DNA of 64,000 nucleotides from Thermococcus sp. JdFR-02 (GTDB taxonomy: Archaea; Methanobacteriota_B; Thermococci; Thermococcales; Thermococcaceae). Position 1 is the first letter of the stretch, and each line of letters starts with the position of its first letter. Under the pieces are notes generated by a model. That model searched no databases and had not been told where the DNA came from. It was given only the letters and a program-made list of their open reading frames with translations. A program made the position numbers and the translations under genes. Shown in pieces: positions 39,436 through 49,786 of this stretch. The stretch spans positions 96,001-160,000 of the forward strand of contig MTLP01000042.1 in assembly GCA_002009975.1 (NCBI GenBank), read 5' to 3'.

Positions 39436-40354
39436 ATGGATAAAGAAAGTCCAACCCCAAAAAACTCAAAAACGTTAGCAAAAGTATAAAAGGCAGGAAA
39501 GTTTTAACTGGAGTGAGTTTCGCATCAAAAAGTGGGGAAGTACACGCTTACTTGGGACACAATGGGGCTGGAAAGACTACTACATTCCGACTTATTCTGG
39601 GGATATTAGTCCCCGATGAAGGGTGCATTAGTGTGTTAGGAGTTAATCCTGCGGAAAATCCTGAGGTTAAGGCCCAAATTGGCTACCTCCCAGAGTATGA
39701 CCCTTTGTATCCAGACTTGACTGTTTGAGACAACTTAAAACGCTACGCTTTACTGAAAGGAGTTTATGATGAGAAGGAGCTACGGGACTTGTTGGAACTC
39801 TTTGAGATTAAAGAGTATGCTAAAAAAGAAGGTTTCAACCCTCTCAAACGGGACTCAGCGGAGGGTTGCAATAGCGAGGACTTTTATTGGAAGGCCCAAA
39901 ATCCTCCTTATAGACTGAAACAATGAAGGATTTGGACCCAGAATGGCGCTTGAGATTTAAGCACTTCTTAGAAAAGTACGTGAAAAAGGAGAAGGCCGCG
40001 GCTTTGTTCTCCACACATATTCTGAGCGATGTTGATGAGATATGTGAAAAGCTGACGGTGATAAAAGATGGGCGTGTATTATTCCCCGGAAGCTTAGAAG
40101 AACTTAAAAAGCATTTTTCATTTGAAGAGAGTGTTCTCATCAAAGTGCAGGAAGTCAGAAAGGCATTAGAGCTACTTAAACAATTCGGTTATTCTCCAAA
40201 ACTCACAAACAACTTTATCCTACTTAAAAATGCAGAACCGCCTGAAATTAACAAGCTCTTAGTAAAGAACGGAATAACAGTTGAAGAAATAAAAAAGAAG
40301 GGACTCACTTTAGAAACATTATACTCAACACTCTATGGCAGACATAAACATTAG
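39436..40354 (+). pseudogene. ABC ATPase pseudogene
   Basis: GHNGAGKTT, in-frame TGA at 39726-28, frameshift near the A-run ~39822-27, LSNGTQRRVAIAR, disrupted Walker B, FSTHILSDV. Confidence 0.85.
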
Positions 40355-40406
40355 CAGATTAACAAATGCTGAAATATTAAAAAGAAAAAATTCAGAGACT
40401 CAGCCG

Positions 40407-42527
40407 TCAAACTTTCAAAAACCTCGCATTTATTGCAACTATAACTGTGCTTAGGCTCATTAACAAAGCACCTACCGCTGGGCTTAATAGTATCCCATAG
40501 TTGTAAAGCGTTCCCGCTGCCAGAGGAATCGCAAATGTGTTGTAGCCTGTTGCCCATGCCAAGTTCTGCACCATTTTTCCATAGGTTGCCCTTGCAAGGT
40601 GTATTGCCGTTATGACGTCTCTTGGATCGTTTTTAACCAAGATTATGTCAGCACTTTCTATTGCCACATCAGTTCCTGCTCCAATTGCTACCCCAACGTC
40701 CGCTTGAATCAAAGCAGGAGCATCGTTTATTCCATCTCCAACCATTGCCACGATGAAGCCTTTTTCTTGAAGCTCCTTAACTTTCTCCGACTTTTGATGG
40801 GGCAAGACCTCTGCAAAGTAGCCATCCAGGCCAAGCTCCTCGGCAACCCACTTTGCAACTTTAGCGTTGTCTCCTGTGAGCATGTAAGCTTTAATTCCCA
40901 TCTCGTGGAGTCTCTTTATAGCTTCTCTCGATTCTGGTCTTATCTTATCGGCTAAAGCTAAAGCACCAGCTAGCTTTCCATCGATAACTAAAAACACCAC
41001 TGTCTTTCCTTGCTCCAAGACCTTATTAACACGCTCATCCTCTTTCCAGAGTCCGTTTTCCTTAAGAAAGCCAGGACTTACAACAAGAATCTCTTTGCCG
41101 TTAATAACTCCCTGAACACCTTTGCCAGGTAGTACTTTAGATTGTTCAACCTCATAGAGCTCAAGTCCAAGTTCCTTTGCTTTTTCCACTATCCCCTGTG
41201 CTATTGGATGTGATGAATGTCCCTCAAGGGCAGCTGCATATTTTAAAATCTCATTGTCTTCAAGTTCATCCAATGGAATTATATCCGTTACCTCAAACTT
41301 TCCTTCGGTCAAAGTTCCTGTCTTGTCAAAAACAACTACCTGAACATCTTTTGCCCTCTCAAAGGCTTCTCTGTTCCTAATGAGTATTCCCTTCCTCGCT
41401 GATATTGACGTCGACACTGAGACCACTAGAGGAACAGCCAGTCCCAAAGCGTGGGGGCATGTAATTACCATCACAGTGACCATTCTCTCGAGAGCGAACA
41501 CAAAGGGCTTCCCTAAGTAGAGCCAAGTACCGAGAGTCGCACTTCCAGCGGTTATTGCAATGAGTGTAAGCCAAAACGCTGCTCTATTGGCTAAATCTTG
41601 AGTCCTTGACCTTGTCTCTTGTGCCTGTCTTACAAGCTCGACGACCTGCATGAGGTAGGTGTCCTTACCCGTCTTCTCAATCCTTACTTTAATCGAGCCC
41701 TCTAAGTTTATTGAACCACCAATAACAATGGCACCTGGTTTCTTATAGACGGGCTTTGACTCACCGGTAAGCATCGCCTCGTTTACGCTCGTCTCTCCCT
41801 CAATTATGATGCCATCAGAAGGTATCTTCTCGCCGGGCTTGACCAAAACTATATCTCCCTTCTTGAGCTCGCTCACTGGAACATCTTTTATTCCCTCAGG
41901 AGTTATTAGGTGAGCATCAGTTGGCATGAGCTTTATTAGCTCCTCTAAAGCCCTTGAAGCACCGAGAACAGAGCGCATCTCTATGTAATGCCCCAAAAGC
42001 ATGATGTCAATAAGCGTTGCAAGCTCCCAATAGAACGTCTTTCCGGGCAAACCAAAGGTTACTGCAGCACTGTAGGAAAAGGCAACCGTGATTGCCAAAG
42101 CTATTAGCGTCATCATTCCTGGGGTTTTCTTCTTAAATTCATCTCTCATTCCTGTTAGGAACGGCTTTCCGCCGTAGAAGTAGACCACCGCCGACAGTGT
42201 GAAGAGGACATACCTATCACCAGGGAAAGTGAATGTAAAGCCAAGGAACTTTTGAATCAGCGGAGATAGGAGCAGTATCGGAATCGTAAGTATGGTAGAA
42301 ATTATAAATCTCCTCTTGAAGTCCTCCATCATCATTTTATGGTGCTCTGCATGCGAATGCTTGTGCTCTCCGTGCTCATGATTTATGTGTTCATGCTTTT
42401 CTTCCTCCATCTCGTGTCTATGCATTTCATGATGTTCATGCTTTTTGCTTTCCTCATGTTGATGCATTCTCATTTCTTTGTGTTCTTCATGCATGTGCTC
42501 TTTGTGTATTTCTTTTTCATCTTCCAT
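40407..42527 (-). CDS. copB: CopB-type P1B-3 copper ATPase with His-rich N-terminus
   Basis: His/Met/Glu-rich N-terminus, TGES, CPHALG, DKTGT, GYN, MSLST. Confidence 0.94.
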   Translation of the reverse strand: MEDEKEIHKEHMHEEHKEMRMHQHEESKKHEHHEMHRHEMEEEKHEHINHEHGEHKHSHAEHHKMMMEDFKRRFIISTILTIPILLLSPLIQKFLGFTFTFPGDRYVLFTLSAVVYFYGGKPFLTGMRDEFKKKTPGMMTLIALAITVAFSYSAAVTFGLPGKTFYWELATLIDIMLLGHYIEMRSVLGASRALEELIKLMPTDAHLITPEGIKDVPVSELKKGDIVLVKPGEKIPSDGIIIEGETSVNEAMLTGESKPVYKKPGAIVIGGSINLEGSIKVRIEKTGKDTYLMQVVELVRQAQETRSRTQDLANRAAFWLTLIAITAGSATLGTWLYLGKPFVFALERMVTVMVITCPHALGLAVPLVVSVSTSISARKGILIRNREAFERAKDVQVVVFDKTGTLTEGKFEVTDIIPLDELEDNEILKYAAALEGHSSHPIAQGIVEKAKELGLELYEVEQSKVLPGKGVQGVINGKEILVVSPGFLKENGLWKEDERVNKVLEQGKTVVFLVIDGKLAGALALADKIRPESREAIKRLHEMGIKAYMLTGDNAKVAKWVAEELGLDGYFAEVLPHQKSEKVKELQEKGFIVAMVGDGINDAPALIQADVGVAIGAGTDVAIESADIILVKNDPRDVITAIHLARATYGKMVQNLAWATGYNTFAIPLAAGTLYNYGILLSPAVGALLMSLSTVIVAINARFLKV

Positions 42528-42595
42528 ATTACTCACCACCATTAGGTTTTAATTCTCAAACTTTAATAACATTTTTAACCAAAAGAATGAAAAAG

Positions 42596-42976
42596 TTAAA
42601 TTTTATCAACAACTTTTTTCAAAATCTCTTCAATTTGTCCAGCAACTTTTAATAACCTCTCATTTTCTGCCACTTCCATAGCTTTCGTTAGAAGTAGGGG
42701 GCTTACGTAAGTTTTCTCGTCTTTAGTGTAAACTAAAAGATTGCATGGTAAAAATGCTCCACTGTCATAGTCGATTTCCATGAGCTGACTTGAAAATTTT
42801 GGATTGCATGCACCTAAGATGACGTATTTCTCCATATCTAAGTCAAGCTTCTCTTTAAAGAGCTTATCAATCCTTATCTCACTCAGTACTCCAAAACCTT
42901 CCTTTTTGAGCTCCTCTTTGACTTTATCAACTGCTTCTTCAAAGCTCAGTTTGGTCTCTTTCTTATAGACATACAT
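42596..42976 (-). CDS. DUF302 protein
   Basis: GFGVL..I, ILGACNP, LPC. Confidence 0.88.
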   Translation of the reverse strand: MYVYKKETKLSFEEAVDKVKEELKKEGFGVLSEIRIDKLFKEKLDLDMEKYVILGACNPKFSSQLMEIDYDSGAFLPCNLLVYTKDEKTYVSPLLLTKAMEVAENERLLKVAGQIEEILKKVVDKI

Positions 42977-43022
42977 TTCACATCACCTACTTTATTATCC
43001 ATGATTATTTTTAATTTGAAAA

Positions 43023-43053
43023 GCTAATAGGCTTATTATTGTCAAAGTTGAAA
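43023..43053. promoter_or_regulatory. promoter element plus degenerate CopR-type operator for DUF302-copB
   Basis: GCTAATAGGCTTATTATT identical to 27441-27458, overlapping TTGTCAAAGTTGAAA. Confidence 0.55.
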
Positions 43054-43085
43054 GTAGAAAAGGACAAAATTTTCAAAAATGAAAA

Positions 43086-45164
43086 TTATTTTAAAATCCT
43101 TATTGCATTGAACACCGCTATTAATGCAACACCAACATCTGCAAACACTGCCTCCCACATTGTAGCTTCTCCAAGAATTCCAAGGCTTATGAAAGCCAGC
43201 TTAACCCCAAGAGCAAAGATTATGTTCTGCCACACTATCCTTTGTGTCTTTCTTGCGGTTTTTATCCCTGTAGGCAACTTTGAAGGCTTGTCGTCCATTA
43301 TAACTATATCTGCTGTTTCAATAGCGGCATCGCTTCCTAAAGCACCCATTGCAACTCCCACATCAGCTCTTGCAATAACGGGTGCATCGTTTATTCCATC
43401 GCCCACAAAAACTATTGTATCATTTGAACCCTTTTTCTTTTCAAGCTCTTCAATAACTCTCACTTTGTCCTCTGGTAGCAGCTCGGCATAAAACTCATCC
43501 AAGCCTATTTGTCTTGCTATCTCCTCTGCAACATCTTTGCTGTCCCCAGTTACCATTATAACCTTTTTAACACCTAAGCGCTTTAGTTCTCTAACAGCTT
43601 TTGGAGCATCTTCTTTTATCTCGTCAGATATAACTATGTAGCCCGCGTATTTTCTGTTAACGACAACATGAGCAACGGTCCCCTTTACGTGGCATGTATC
43701 ATGTTCAATATCGAATTTGTGCAGTAACCTATCATTTCCAACCATTATCTCTGTTTTATCAATTTTTGCCCTAACGCCATGTCCTGTTATCTCTTCATGT
43801 TCTTTTATTTGGGCTTCGTTGATTTCTTTTCCATAGGCTTCTTTTATTGCCTTTGCAATTGGATGATTTGAATGTGCTTCTGCTAAAGCTGCAAATTTCA
43901 AAATTTCCTCTTCGCTGAAACCGTTCCTCGTTTCTATTTTTGTAACTTTAAAGACACCCTTTGTTAGCGTCCCAGTTTTATCAAAAGCCACAATTGTTGC
44001 TTTACTAAGCGCATCAAGAAAGTTTGATCCCTTAACTAGTATTCCTTCCCTAGCAGATTTTCCAATTCCTCCAAAGTAGCCGAGAGGTATTGAAAGCACC
44101 AAAGCGCAAGGGCATGAGATTACCAAGAGCACTAAAGCCCTGTAGAGCCAATCAGAAAAAGATTCTCCAAAGGCTAGTGGTGGAATTAAAGCAATAAGTG
44201 CAGCTAATCCCACAACCGCTGGGGTGTAGTAGTGAGCAAACCTTGTGATAAACTTCTCTGTTTTAGCCTTTCTTGCACTTGCATTTTCCACAAGCTCTAA
44301 AATCCTCGAAATAGTTGACTCTTTAAGCTCTTTCGTAACTTTGACTATCAGAAGACCGCTTAAGTTTACCATCCCTGATAAGATTTCCCCTCCTTCCTTT
44401 ACAGTTCTTGGAACGCTCTCTCCGGTTAAAGCCGATGTATCAACATTTGAACTTCCCTCAATGATGATCCCATCAACGGGAACTCTCTCACCGGGCTTTA
44501 TGATTATTATGTCACCAACTTTAAGCTCCTCAGGCTTGACTTTGACTATCTTATCCCCCACTTTGAGGTTTGCATACTCTGCCTTTAAAGCTAATAAAGC
44601 CTTAATAGAACGTCTTGACCTGTTAATGGCTAAATCTTGGAAGAATTCACCAACAGTGTAAAACAGCATAACTCCCACAGCTTCTGGATATTCTCGAATT
44701 GCAAATGCACCAAGCGTGGCTATAGCTATGAGAAAGTTCTCATCAAAGACATTTCCATGTATGGAGTTGACAAAAGCGTTCCTTAACACTTTCCAACCCA
44801 CTAAGAGGTAGCTCACAACAAATATTCCAAGCACAAAGGCATTGTCGTAGTTGTAGTAGTACCTCAGAACTATTCCAATGATGAACAGCAAAAGTGAAGG
44901 GATTATGAAGTGGAGCATCTTCCTCGGGTCGTCGTGGTCATGGTGGTGATGGTCATGTTCGTGCTCGTCCTTCTCAATGACCTTAACTCCCGGCTCAACC
45001 CTCTTTATTATCTCCTTAGCCTTCTCGATGTCTCCCTCTATCACAGCTTCCTTGGTGGCAAAGTTTACCATAGCAAACTCAAAGCCTTCTTTTTTTAATG
45101 CTTCTTCAATTTCATAGGCACAGCTAGCACAGTCAAGACCTTCTAATTTGAGCTTCTTTGGCAT
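43086..45164 (-). CDS. cadA: Zn/Cd/Pb-exporting P1B-2 ATPase
   Basis: GLDCASC HMA, His-rich linker, SCPCAL, DKTGT, VK in TM7, ADVG. Confidence 0.93.
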   Translation of the reverse strand: MPKKLKLEGLDCASCAYEIEEALKKEGFEFAMVNFATKEAVIEGDIEKAKEIIKRVEPGVKVIEKDEHEHDHHHHDHDDPRKMLHFIIPSLLLFIIGIVLRYYYNYDNAFVLGIFVVSYLLVGWKVLRNAFVNSIHGNVFDENFLIAIATLGAFAIREYPEAVGVMLFYTVGEFFQDLAINRSRRSIKALLALKAEYANLKVGDKIVKVKPEELKVGDIIIIKPGERVPVDGIIIEGSSNVDTSALTGESVPRTVKEGGEILSGMVNLSGLLIVKVTKELKESTISRILELVENASARKAKTEKFITRFAHYYTPAVVGLAALIALIPPLAFGESFSDWLYRALVLLVISCPCALVLSIPLGYFGGIGKSAREGILVKGSNFLDALSKATIVAFDKTGTLTKGVFKVTKIETRNGFSEEEILKFAALAEAHSNHPIAKAIKEAYGKEINEAQIKEHEEITGHGVRAKIDKTEIMVGNDRLLHKFDIEHDTCHVKGTVAHVVVNRKYAGYIVISDEIKEDAPKAVRELKRLGVKKVIMVTGDSKDVAEEIARQIGLDEFYAELLPEDKVRVIEELEKKKGSNDTIVFVGDGINDAPVIARADVGVAMGALGSDAAIETADIVIMDDKPSKLPTGIKTARKTQRIVWQNIIFALGVKLAFISLGILGEATMWEAVFADVGVALIAVFNAIRILK

Positions 45165-45166
45165 GT

Positions 45167-45529
45167 TTACTCCTCCATGTGCTTGAGCGCAACTTTCAGA
45201 ATCTCCCTTATATGCTCGTCATCTAAGCGGTAAAAGACGTTCTTTCCATCTTTTCTGTATGTAACAATTTTTCTATCCTTTAAAATCCTAAGCTGGTGAG
45301 ATATAGCTGAAACTGACAAGCCAGTAATGTTTGATAAATCACACGTGCAAAGCTCATCCTCCAGCAGAGCGAAGAGTATTTTAAGTCTTGTTGGATTTCC
45401 TAAAGCATCAAAGAAGTCGGAAACCTCAAGAATAACTTCATCATCAGGCAATTTTTCTTTGGCTTTAAGGATTTTGTCTAAATGCTCCTCATACACCTTA
45501 CACACTTCCGTCCCTTTTTCATTACTCAT
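45167..45529 (-). CDS. ArsR/SmtB (CadC-like) metal-responsive repressor
   Basis: ELCTCDL, SAISHQLRIL, DDEH...KHMEE alpha5 site; start moved to ATG 45529 after AGGTGA. Confidence 0.92.
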   Translation of the reverse strand: MSNEKGTEVCKVYEEHLDKILKAKEKLPDDEVILEVSDFFDALGNPTRLKILFALLEDELCTCDLSNITGLSVSAISHQLRILKDRKIVTYRKDGKNVFYRLDDEHIREILKVALKHMEE

Positions 45530-45542
45530 TTTTATCACCTCT

Positions 45543-45566
45543 ACATTTGAGCAATTGTGCAAATGT
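45543..45566. promoter_or_regulatory. ArsR/SmtB-type operator
   Basis: Imperfect 24-bp palindrome ACATTTG-AG-CAATTG-TG-CAAATGT between TATA (45569-75) and the SD. Confidence 0.75.
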
Positions 45567-45621
45567 TCTTATAAATGTTACTGGACAGAAATGTATAGGA
45601 GAATAAAAGAGAGCTTGGGAG

Positions 45622-46212
45622 TTATTCAGCAGGCCTTCCAAGAGGGAAGATATATAGCGGATCTCCTTCAATATCAATTACCTTTTTGACTTCCTCGTCT
45701 CGAAAAGCACCAACTGCAACAGTTCCAAGGCCTAAAGCCGTCGCCTGGAGGTAAATATTTTGTCCCATATGTCCCGCATCTATGTGCACGTATCTTATTC
45801 CCCTCTTACCATACCTGCTCGTGGTTCTTTCATAGTGGGCAACTATCACAATGTTCACTGGAGCGGTAGCAACACACTTCTGCCCGAGACATGCACGAGC
45901 GAGCTCTTCTCTTAAATCTCCCTTTCGAATAACCTTTAGAACATGCTTCTTCCCATCATAATGGTACAGCCCCGGCTCAAGATTCTCAACACTGCTCACA
46001 ACGGTGTATACCTCAAAAGGATACCTCGCACCTGCACTTGGAGAGGTTCTCTTTCCCCAGAGGTTTACTCCATAAGCCGCCCAGAGAACTTGAGAGAGCT
46101 CGCCAAGGGTTAATGGTTCTGAGGTATATCTTCTAATGCTCTTTCTCCTGTATATCGCTTCCTCAAGGCTCATTTCCCCTTTAATTCTTGGTTCTGGTAG
46201 TTTGATCTCCAT
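45622..46212 (-). CDS. SagB/ThcOx-family nitroreductase
   Basis: RRKSIRRY, PSAGARYP, GLYHY, DAGHMGQN.YL.A..LGLG...VGAF. Confidence 0.9.
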   Translation of the reverse strand: MEIKLPEPRIKGEMSLEEAIYRRKSIRRYTSEPLTLGELSQVLWAAYGVNLWGKRTSPSAGARYPFEVYTVVSSVENLEPGLYHYDGKKHVLKVIRKGDLREELARACLGQKCVATAPVNIVIVAHYERTTSRYGKRGIRYVHIDAGHMGQNIYLQATALGLGTVAVGAFRDEEVKKVIDIEGDPLYIFPLGRPAE

Positions 46213-46253
46213 ACCATCACCCAGAAATTAATGAGCATTTTTTCACATAAGGT

Positions 46254-47156
46254 TTACTCCAAAGATAACAAATACACTCCAAAGAACATCAAAATGCCGA
46301 AAAATGCTTTTAAAAGAGTGAAGCTCTCTCCGAGAATTAGAAAAGCAAAGAAAGCGCCAATTAATGAGGAAGTCGAAAAAATTGCCCCCGTTTTCATAGC
46401 TCCAATTTCTCTTAGAGCAAATAGAAATAATACGATAGAAAAGCCTATGCTGAAAGCACCGACCGTTAGTATATAAGGGAGGCTTTGAAGTGGGATGTAG
46501 AAAGGAATTCCAATTAGAGAAGCCAGAATCAACAGCGCGCTCCCTCCAAACAGCCCTTTTAGTGAGGTTACCAAAAGCAGATCCCTCTTAACGCTTAGCA
46601 GCTTGCTCAAATTATTGTCTATTGCCCATGAAAGACCTGCCAAGATTATTAGAATATTCCCGACAATACCCTTACTCAGCTCGACTTCTCTAAAGTTCTC
46701 TGTTGAGATCACAACGGCTCCAATTAGGATTAAGAGAACTCCGATAATGCTTCTTCTTGAGGCTTTTTCTTTAAAGACTAAAAGAGCTATTAAAACAGTG
46801 AACAATGTCTCGGTGTTGAGTAAGAGGGATGCATTAACAGCTGTTGTCTTATTCAAGCCGAACATGAATGAAAGAGGGGCTAAGAAAGATCCAAAAAGTA
46901 CTATAAAAGTTAATATCAAAAGATCTCGCCTTGAAAAGAACTCTTGAGTTTTAACCTTAAATTCAAGCTTTTTGAGGAGCTTGTCTTTGAGCGGCGTAAA
47001 GCGAAGAAGCATTAAAACTATCCCCGCCGTTAGATAGATACTTCCCGCTATTATCATTGGATGAACATTTCTAAGGGCAATTTTATTAAGCGTTGAGCTT
47101 ATTCCAAAGAGCAGGGCGGCTAAAACCGCACTTACATATCCATAGTGATGCGTCAT
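46254..47156 (-). CDS. DMT/EamA family transporter
   Basis: About ten TM in two repeats, ASLLLNTE, LGE motif. Confidence 0.88.
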   Translation of the reverse strand: MTHHYGYVSAVLAALLFGISSTLNKIALRNVHPMIIAGSIYLTAGIVLMLLRFTPLKDKLLKKLEFKVKTQEFFSRRDLLILTFIVLFGSFLAPLSFMFGLNKTTAVNASLLLNTETLFTVLIALLVFKEKASRRSIIGVLLILIGAVVISTENFREVELSKGIVGNILIILAGLSWAIDNNLSKLLSVKRDLLLVTSLKGLFGGSALLILASLIGIPFYIPLQSLPYILTVGAFSIGFSIVLFLFALREIGAMKTGAIFSTSSLIGAFFAFLILGESFTLLKAFFGILMFFGVYLLSLE

Positions 47157-47253
47157 GGAAATAAATTTAAAATAGAGCCTTTATAAAAGTATTTCACACG
47201 AAAGAGGAAAAGATGGCATGAAATGACATTATTTAAGCAGCTATATTCACAAC

Positions 47254-48726
47254 TTATTTTGGCTTCATTAGATTATTCCTAAGCAGCATAGCTACACCAT
47301 ATAACAAACCTGAGATGAATAAATTAGCCACAATACCAACTATGAGGGCAAAGATTGCATACCTCAAACTTATAACCCTTATTGTCCAGGCTGCAAAAAT
47401 AAACAATAATACGGGAAGAAAGAGAAGTAGAGGTAAAGCTTTTATCTTATCAAACGTTAGGACAATAAAAAGTACTAACGCCCAACTAAGCATTATTTTC
47501 ATGGAGATGGTTAATGGGTAGCTATCAAAAAACAGGGACAATCCAAAAAACACTGCAAGTGCCGATAAAAGGCTTATGACCAAGTTTTTCTTGTCTATTT
47601 TGTTAAAATTGGATCCTAAAACAACTAATGCAATAATCATGATAATGCCGAATATGCCGTTCTGAGTTACAATACTCCTCCAAAGATCAAGGGGATTAAA
47701 AATGTTGCCATATATTTTAAATGCAAGTAAGATTTTTCTTAAATCGCTTAACTTCTCATCCGATGGGATGTAAACATAACCATCTATCTTCGGAAAGAGG
47801 AACTTTAAAATACCTGCTTCGTTTATTGAAATCTCTGAAAAACCTTTCTCTTTAAAGATTTTTATCGCGGGGTCTCCAAAGAGGACTACTTTGGGGTTCA
47901 CACCGACCTTTTTGAAGTAGGCATTATTTATTTGAACGAGTTTGCCGAGAGAGTAGTTTGAGAGCCAGAGCGTATTCTCCAAATATGAAACTCCTCCTGT
48001 GTCTACGGACGCTATTACTACCAAAGAACCGTTATTGAGCAGATCCAAAACCAATGGTCCCTTAGTCTGCCAAATCATGCCAACACTGCAAGACTCAAAG
48101 ATAAATACTTTTCCTTTTGGATTTCTTATATAATCTTTATTGAAACGCCAAGTGATAAGATTGATCCCATAAGGGCTACCATGCCCAGTTATCCATATCA
48201 GAGAGGTATTCTGAGAATATTTAAGATAGTTTTCATAACTGGCACTATCTCCTTCAAGAAAGTAAGCTTTTCCATTTGTTAGATTTTCGATTTTGATTTT
48301 AGATGGACATGAAGGACAAATGAATAAAGCTCCATATTCTAGCTTTGAGGAAGTTAAACTATTAACCCAATATATAAAGCCGTTTTTGCTTTTAACTGGA
48401 TAAAAACCGATTATTGGATCATAAATGCCATCATTATTAAAGTCAAGATTGTTATAGATAGAATAAACAAAATTGGCGTTAAACTTTGAATAGTTTACAA
48501 TGAATAGAACTTGGTCGTCACTCTTCAAAAATTCTAAGTCAGAAAAATTTGAAATAACCGTGACACCATTATGAAAGTCGGCGATTTTTCGAGCATAAGA
48601 CTCTAAAGAAGACATATTCTGATCTAAAACTACATAATAATCTGCGGACGTCAATTGAGTTGTAAATAAAAACAATATACAAAAAAGGACGAGCGATAAC
48701 AAAAATATCCTTTTACCTACCTTCAT
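47254..48726 (-). CDS. membrane-anchored C25 (gingipain-like, clan CD) cysteine peptidase
   Basis: Signal peptide; ITGHGS and FESCSVG His/Cys dyad; LFGDPA; about five C-terminal TM. Confidence 0.7.
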   Translation of the reverse strand: MKVGKRIFLLSLVLFCILFLFTTQLTSADYYVVLDQNMSSLESYARKIADFHNGVTVISNFSDLEFLKSDDQVLFIVNYSKFNANFVYSIYNNLDFNNDGIYDPIIGFYPVKSKNGFIYWVNSLTSSKLEYGALFICPSCPSKIKIENLTNGKAYFLEGDSASYENYLKYSQNTSLIWITGHGSPYGINLITWRFNKDYIRNPKGKVFIFESCSVGMIWQTKGPLVLDLLNNGSLVVIASVDTGGVSYLENTLWLSNYSLGKLVQINNAYFKKVGVNPKVVLFGDPAIKIFKEKGFSEISINEAGILKFLFPKIDGYVYIPSDEKLSDLRKILLAFKIYGNIFNPLDLWRSIVTQNGIFGIIMIIALVVLGSNFNKIDKKNLVISLLSALAVFFGLSLFFDSYPLTISMKIMLSWALVLFIVLTFDKIKALPLLLFLPVLLFIFAAWTIRVISLRYAIFALIVGIVANLFISGLLYGVAMLLRNNLMKPK

Positions 48727-48870
48727 TCTTCTCACCTTTTTGTTTGGTTTGTCTTTTGTAAGCATAATAAAGCTCTAAAAGTTTGTCGATATTGTATTTA
48801 AAAGATGGACACTGAGGGTATCCTTGTTTCATTGCAAGCAATGGACAGCTTCCCATACAAATCTGCAGGA

Positions 48871-49776
48871 TTAATAACTCTTTGTTGTTTCAATGAATAT
48901 TTTTTCTATCGGGGCTTCTTTTGTTTTTACTTCGTAGATATTAATCTCCTGAGTAAGGAGTATTTTCATTATTGCTGGGATCTCATCATTATAATTAGAA
49001 ACTCTAACAGTGACACCAGTGCTCTCCAAATTAACTGAATAACCAAACTTCTCTAGGAGTTCCTTTGCCTGTTGCTTTTTATCAACTTTAAGCACTACAT
49101 CAATGTTTCTAATCCTATTAAGTAAATTCTCCAGTCTTTCCTCTAAAACTAACCTTCCCTCTTTCATTATTCCCACCCTGCATTTCACTCCCTCAAAGTT
49201 TTGGAGCTCGCTTAGGATATGGGTTGAGAATAAAATTATCTTCCCTTCTTTCAACATTTCAAAAATTTTGTCTCTTAAGCTTAAAACTGTGGGAATGTCT
49301 AGATTGCTGAAGGGCTCGTCTAAAACCAAAATATCTGGATCGTGAAGTAATGCTCTCGCCAAAGCGAGTCTCTTTCTAAGTCCCCTGCTTAGATGTCCAG
49401 CTTTTACATTTCTGTATTTTTTAAGTCCAAATTCTTTTAGAAGTTCATTGATCCTTTCCTCTTTAACATCATAGATTTTGGCAAAGAAGAGTAGGTTTTT
49501 ATAAACACTCAAATCTGGATAAACTCTTTCCCCTTCAGGTAAATATCCAATCTTTCTCTTAGCCTTTTCAGGTTCTACCCAAAGATCAATTCCATCAACT
49601 ACTACTCTACCTTTAGAAGGGGGTAAAATGCCGGTGATTACTCTAAACGTTGTAGTTTTACCCGCACCATTGGCTCCCAATAACACATAAATTTCCTTTT
49701 TTATTGCGATAAAGCTCAGATCTTTTACCACATCACCATTACCGTAACCTGTACTAATATTGTCAACCTCAAGCAT
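48871..49776 (-). CDS. ABC exporter ATP-binding subunit (RiPP cluster 2)
   Basis: GANGAGKTT, LSRG, LDEPF, STH. Confidence 0.92.
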   Translation of the reverse strand: MLEVDNISTGYGNGDVVKDLSFIAIKKEIYVLLGANGAGKTTTFRVITGILPPSKGRVVVDGIDLWVEPEKAKRKIGYLPEGERVYPDLSVYKNLLFFAKIYDVKEERINELLKEFGLKKYRNVKAGHLSRGLRKRLALARALLHDPDILVLDEPFSNLDIPTVLSLRDKIFEMLKEGKIILFSTHILSELQNFEGVKCRVGIMKEGRLVLEERLENLLNRIRNIDVVLKVDKKQQAKELLEKFGYSVNLESTGVTVRVSNYNDEIPAIMKILLTQEINIYEVKTKEAPIEKIFIETTKSY

Positions 49777-49786
49777 GAGCATCACC

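Noticed and set aside
42340-42527. Short repeats (CAT/TCATG-rich) here and at 27080-27270 as DNA repeats or a CRISPR array
   Set aside because: Explained by His/Met/Glu-rich coding sequence; no constant repeat-spacer structure was seen in the window
45622-46212. SagB-like dehydrogenase as an azole-forming RiPP enzyme for the nearby clusters
   Set aside because: No YcaO/cyclodehydratase in the window, it is separated from both clusters, and stand-alone SagB-like nitroreductases are common in archaea
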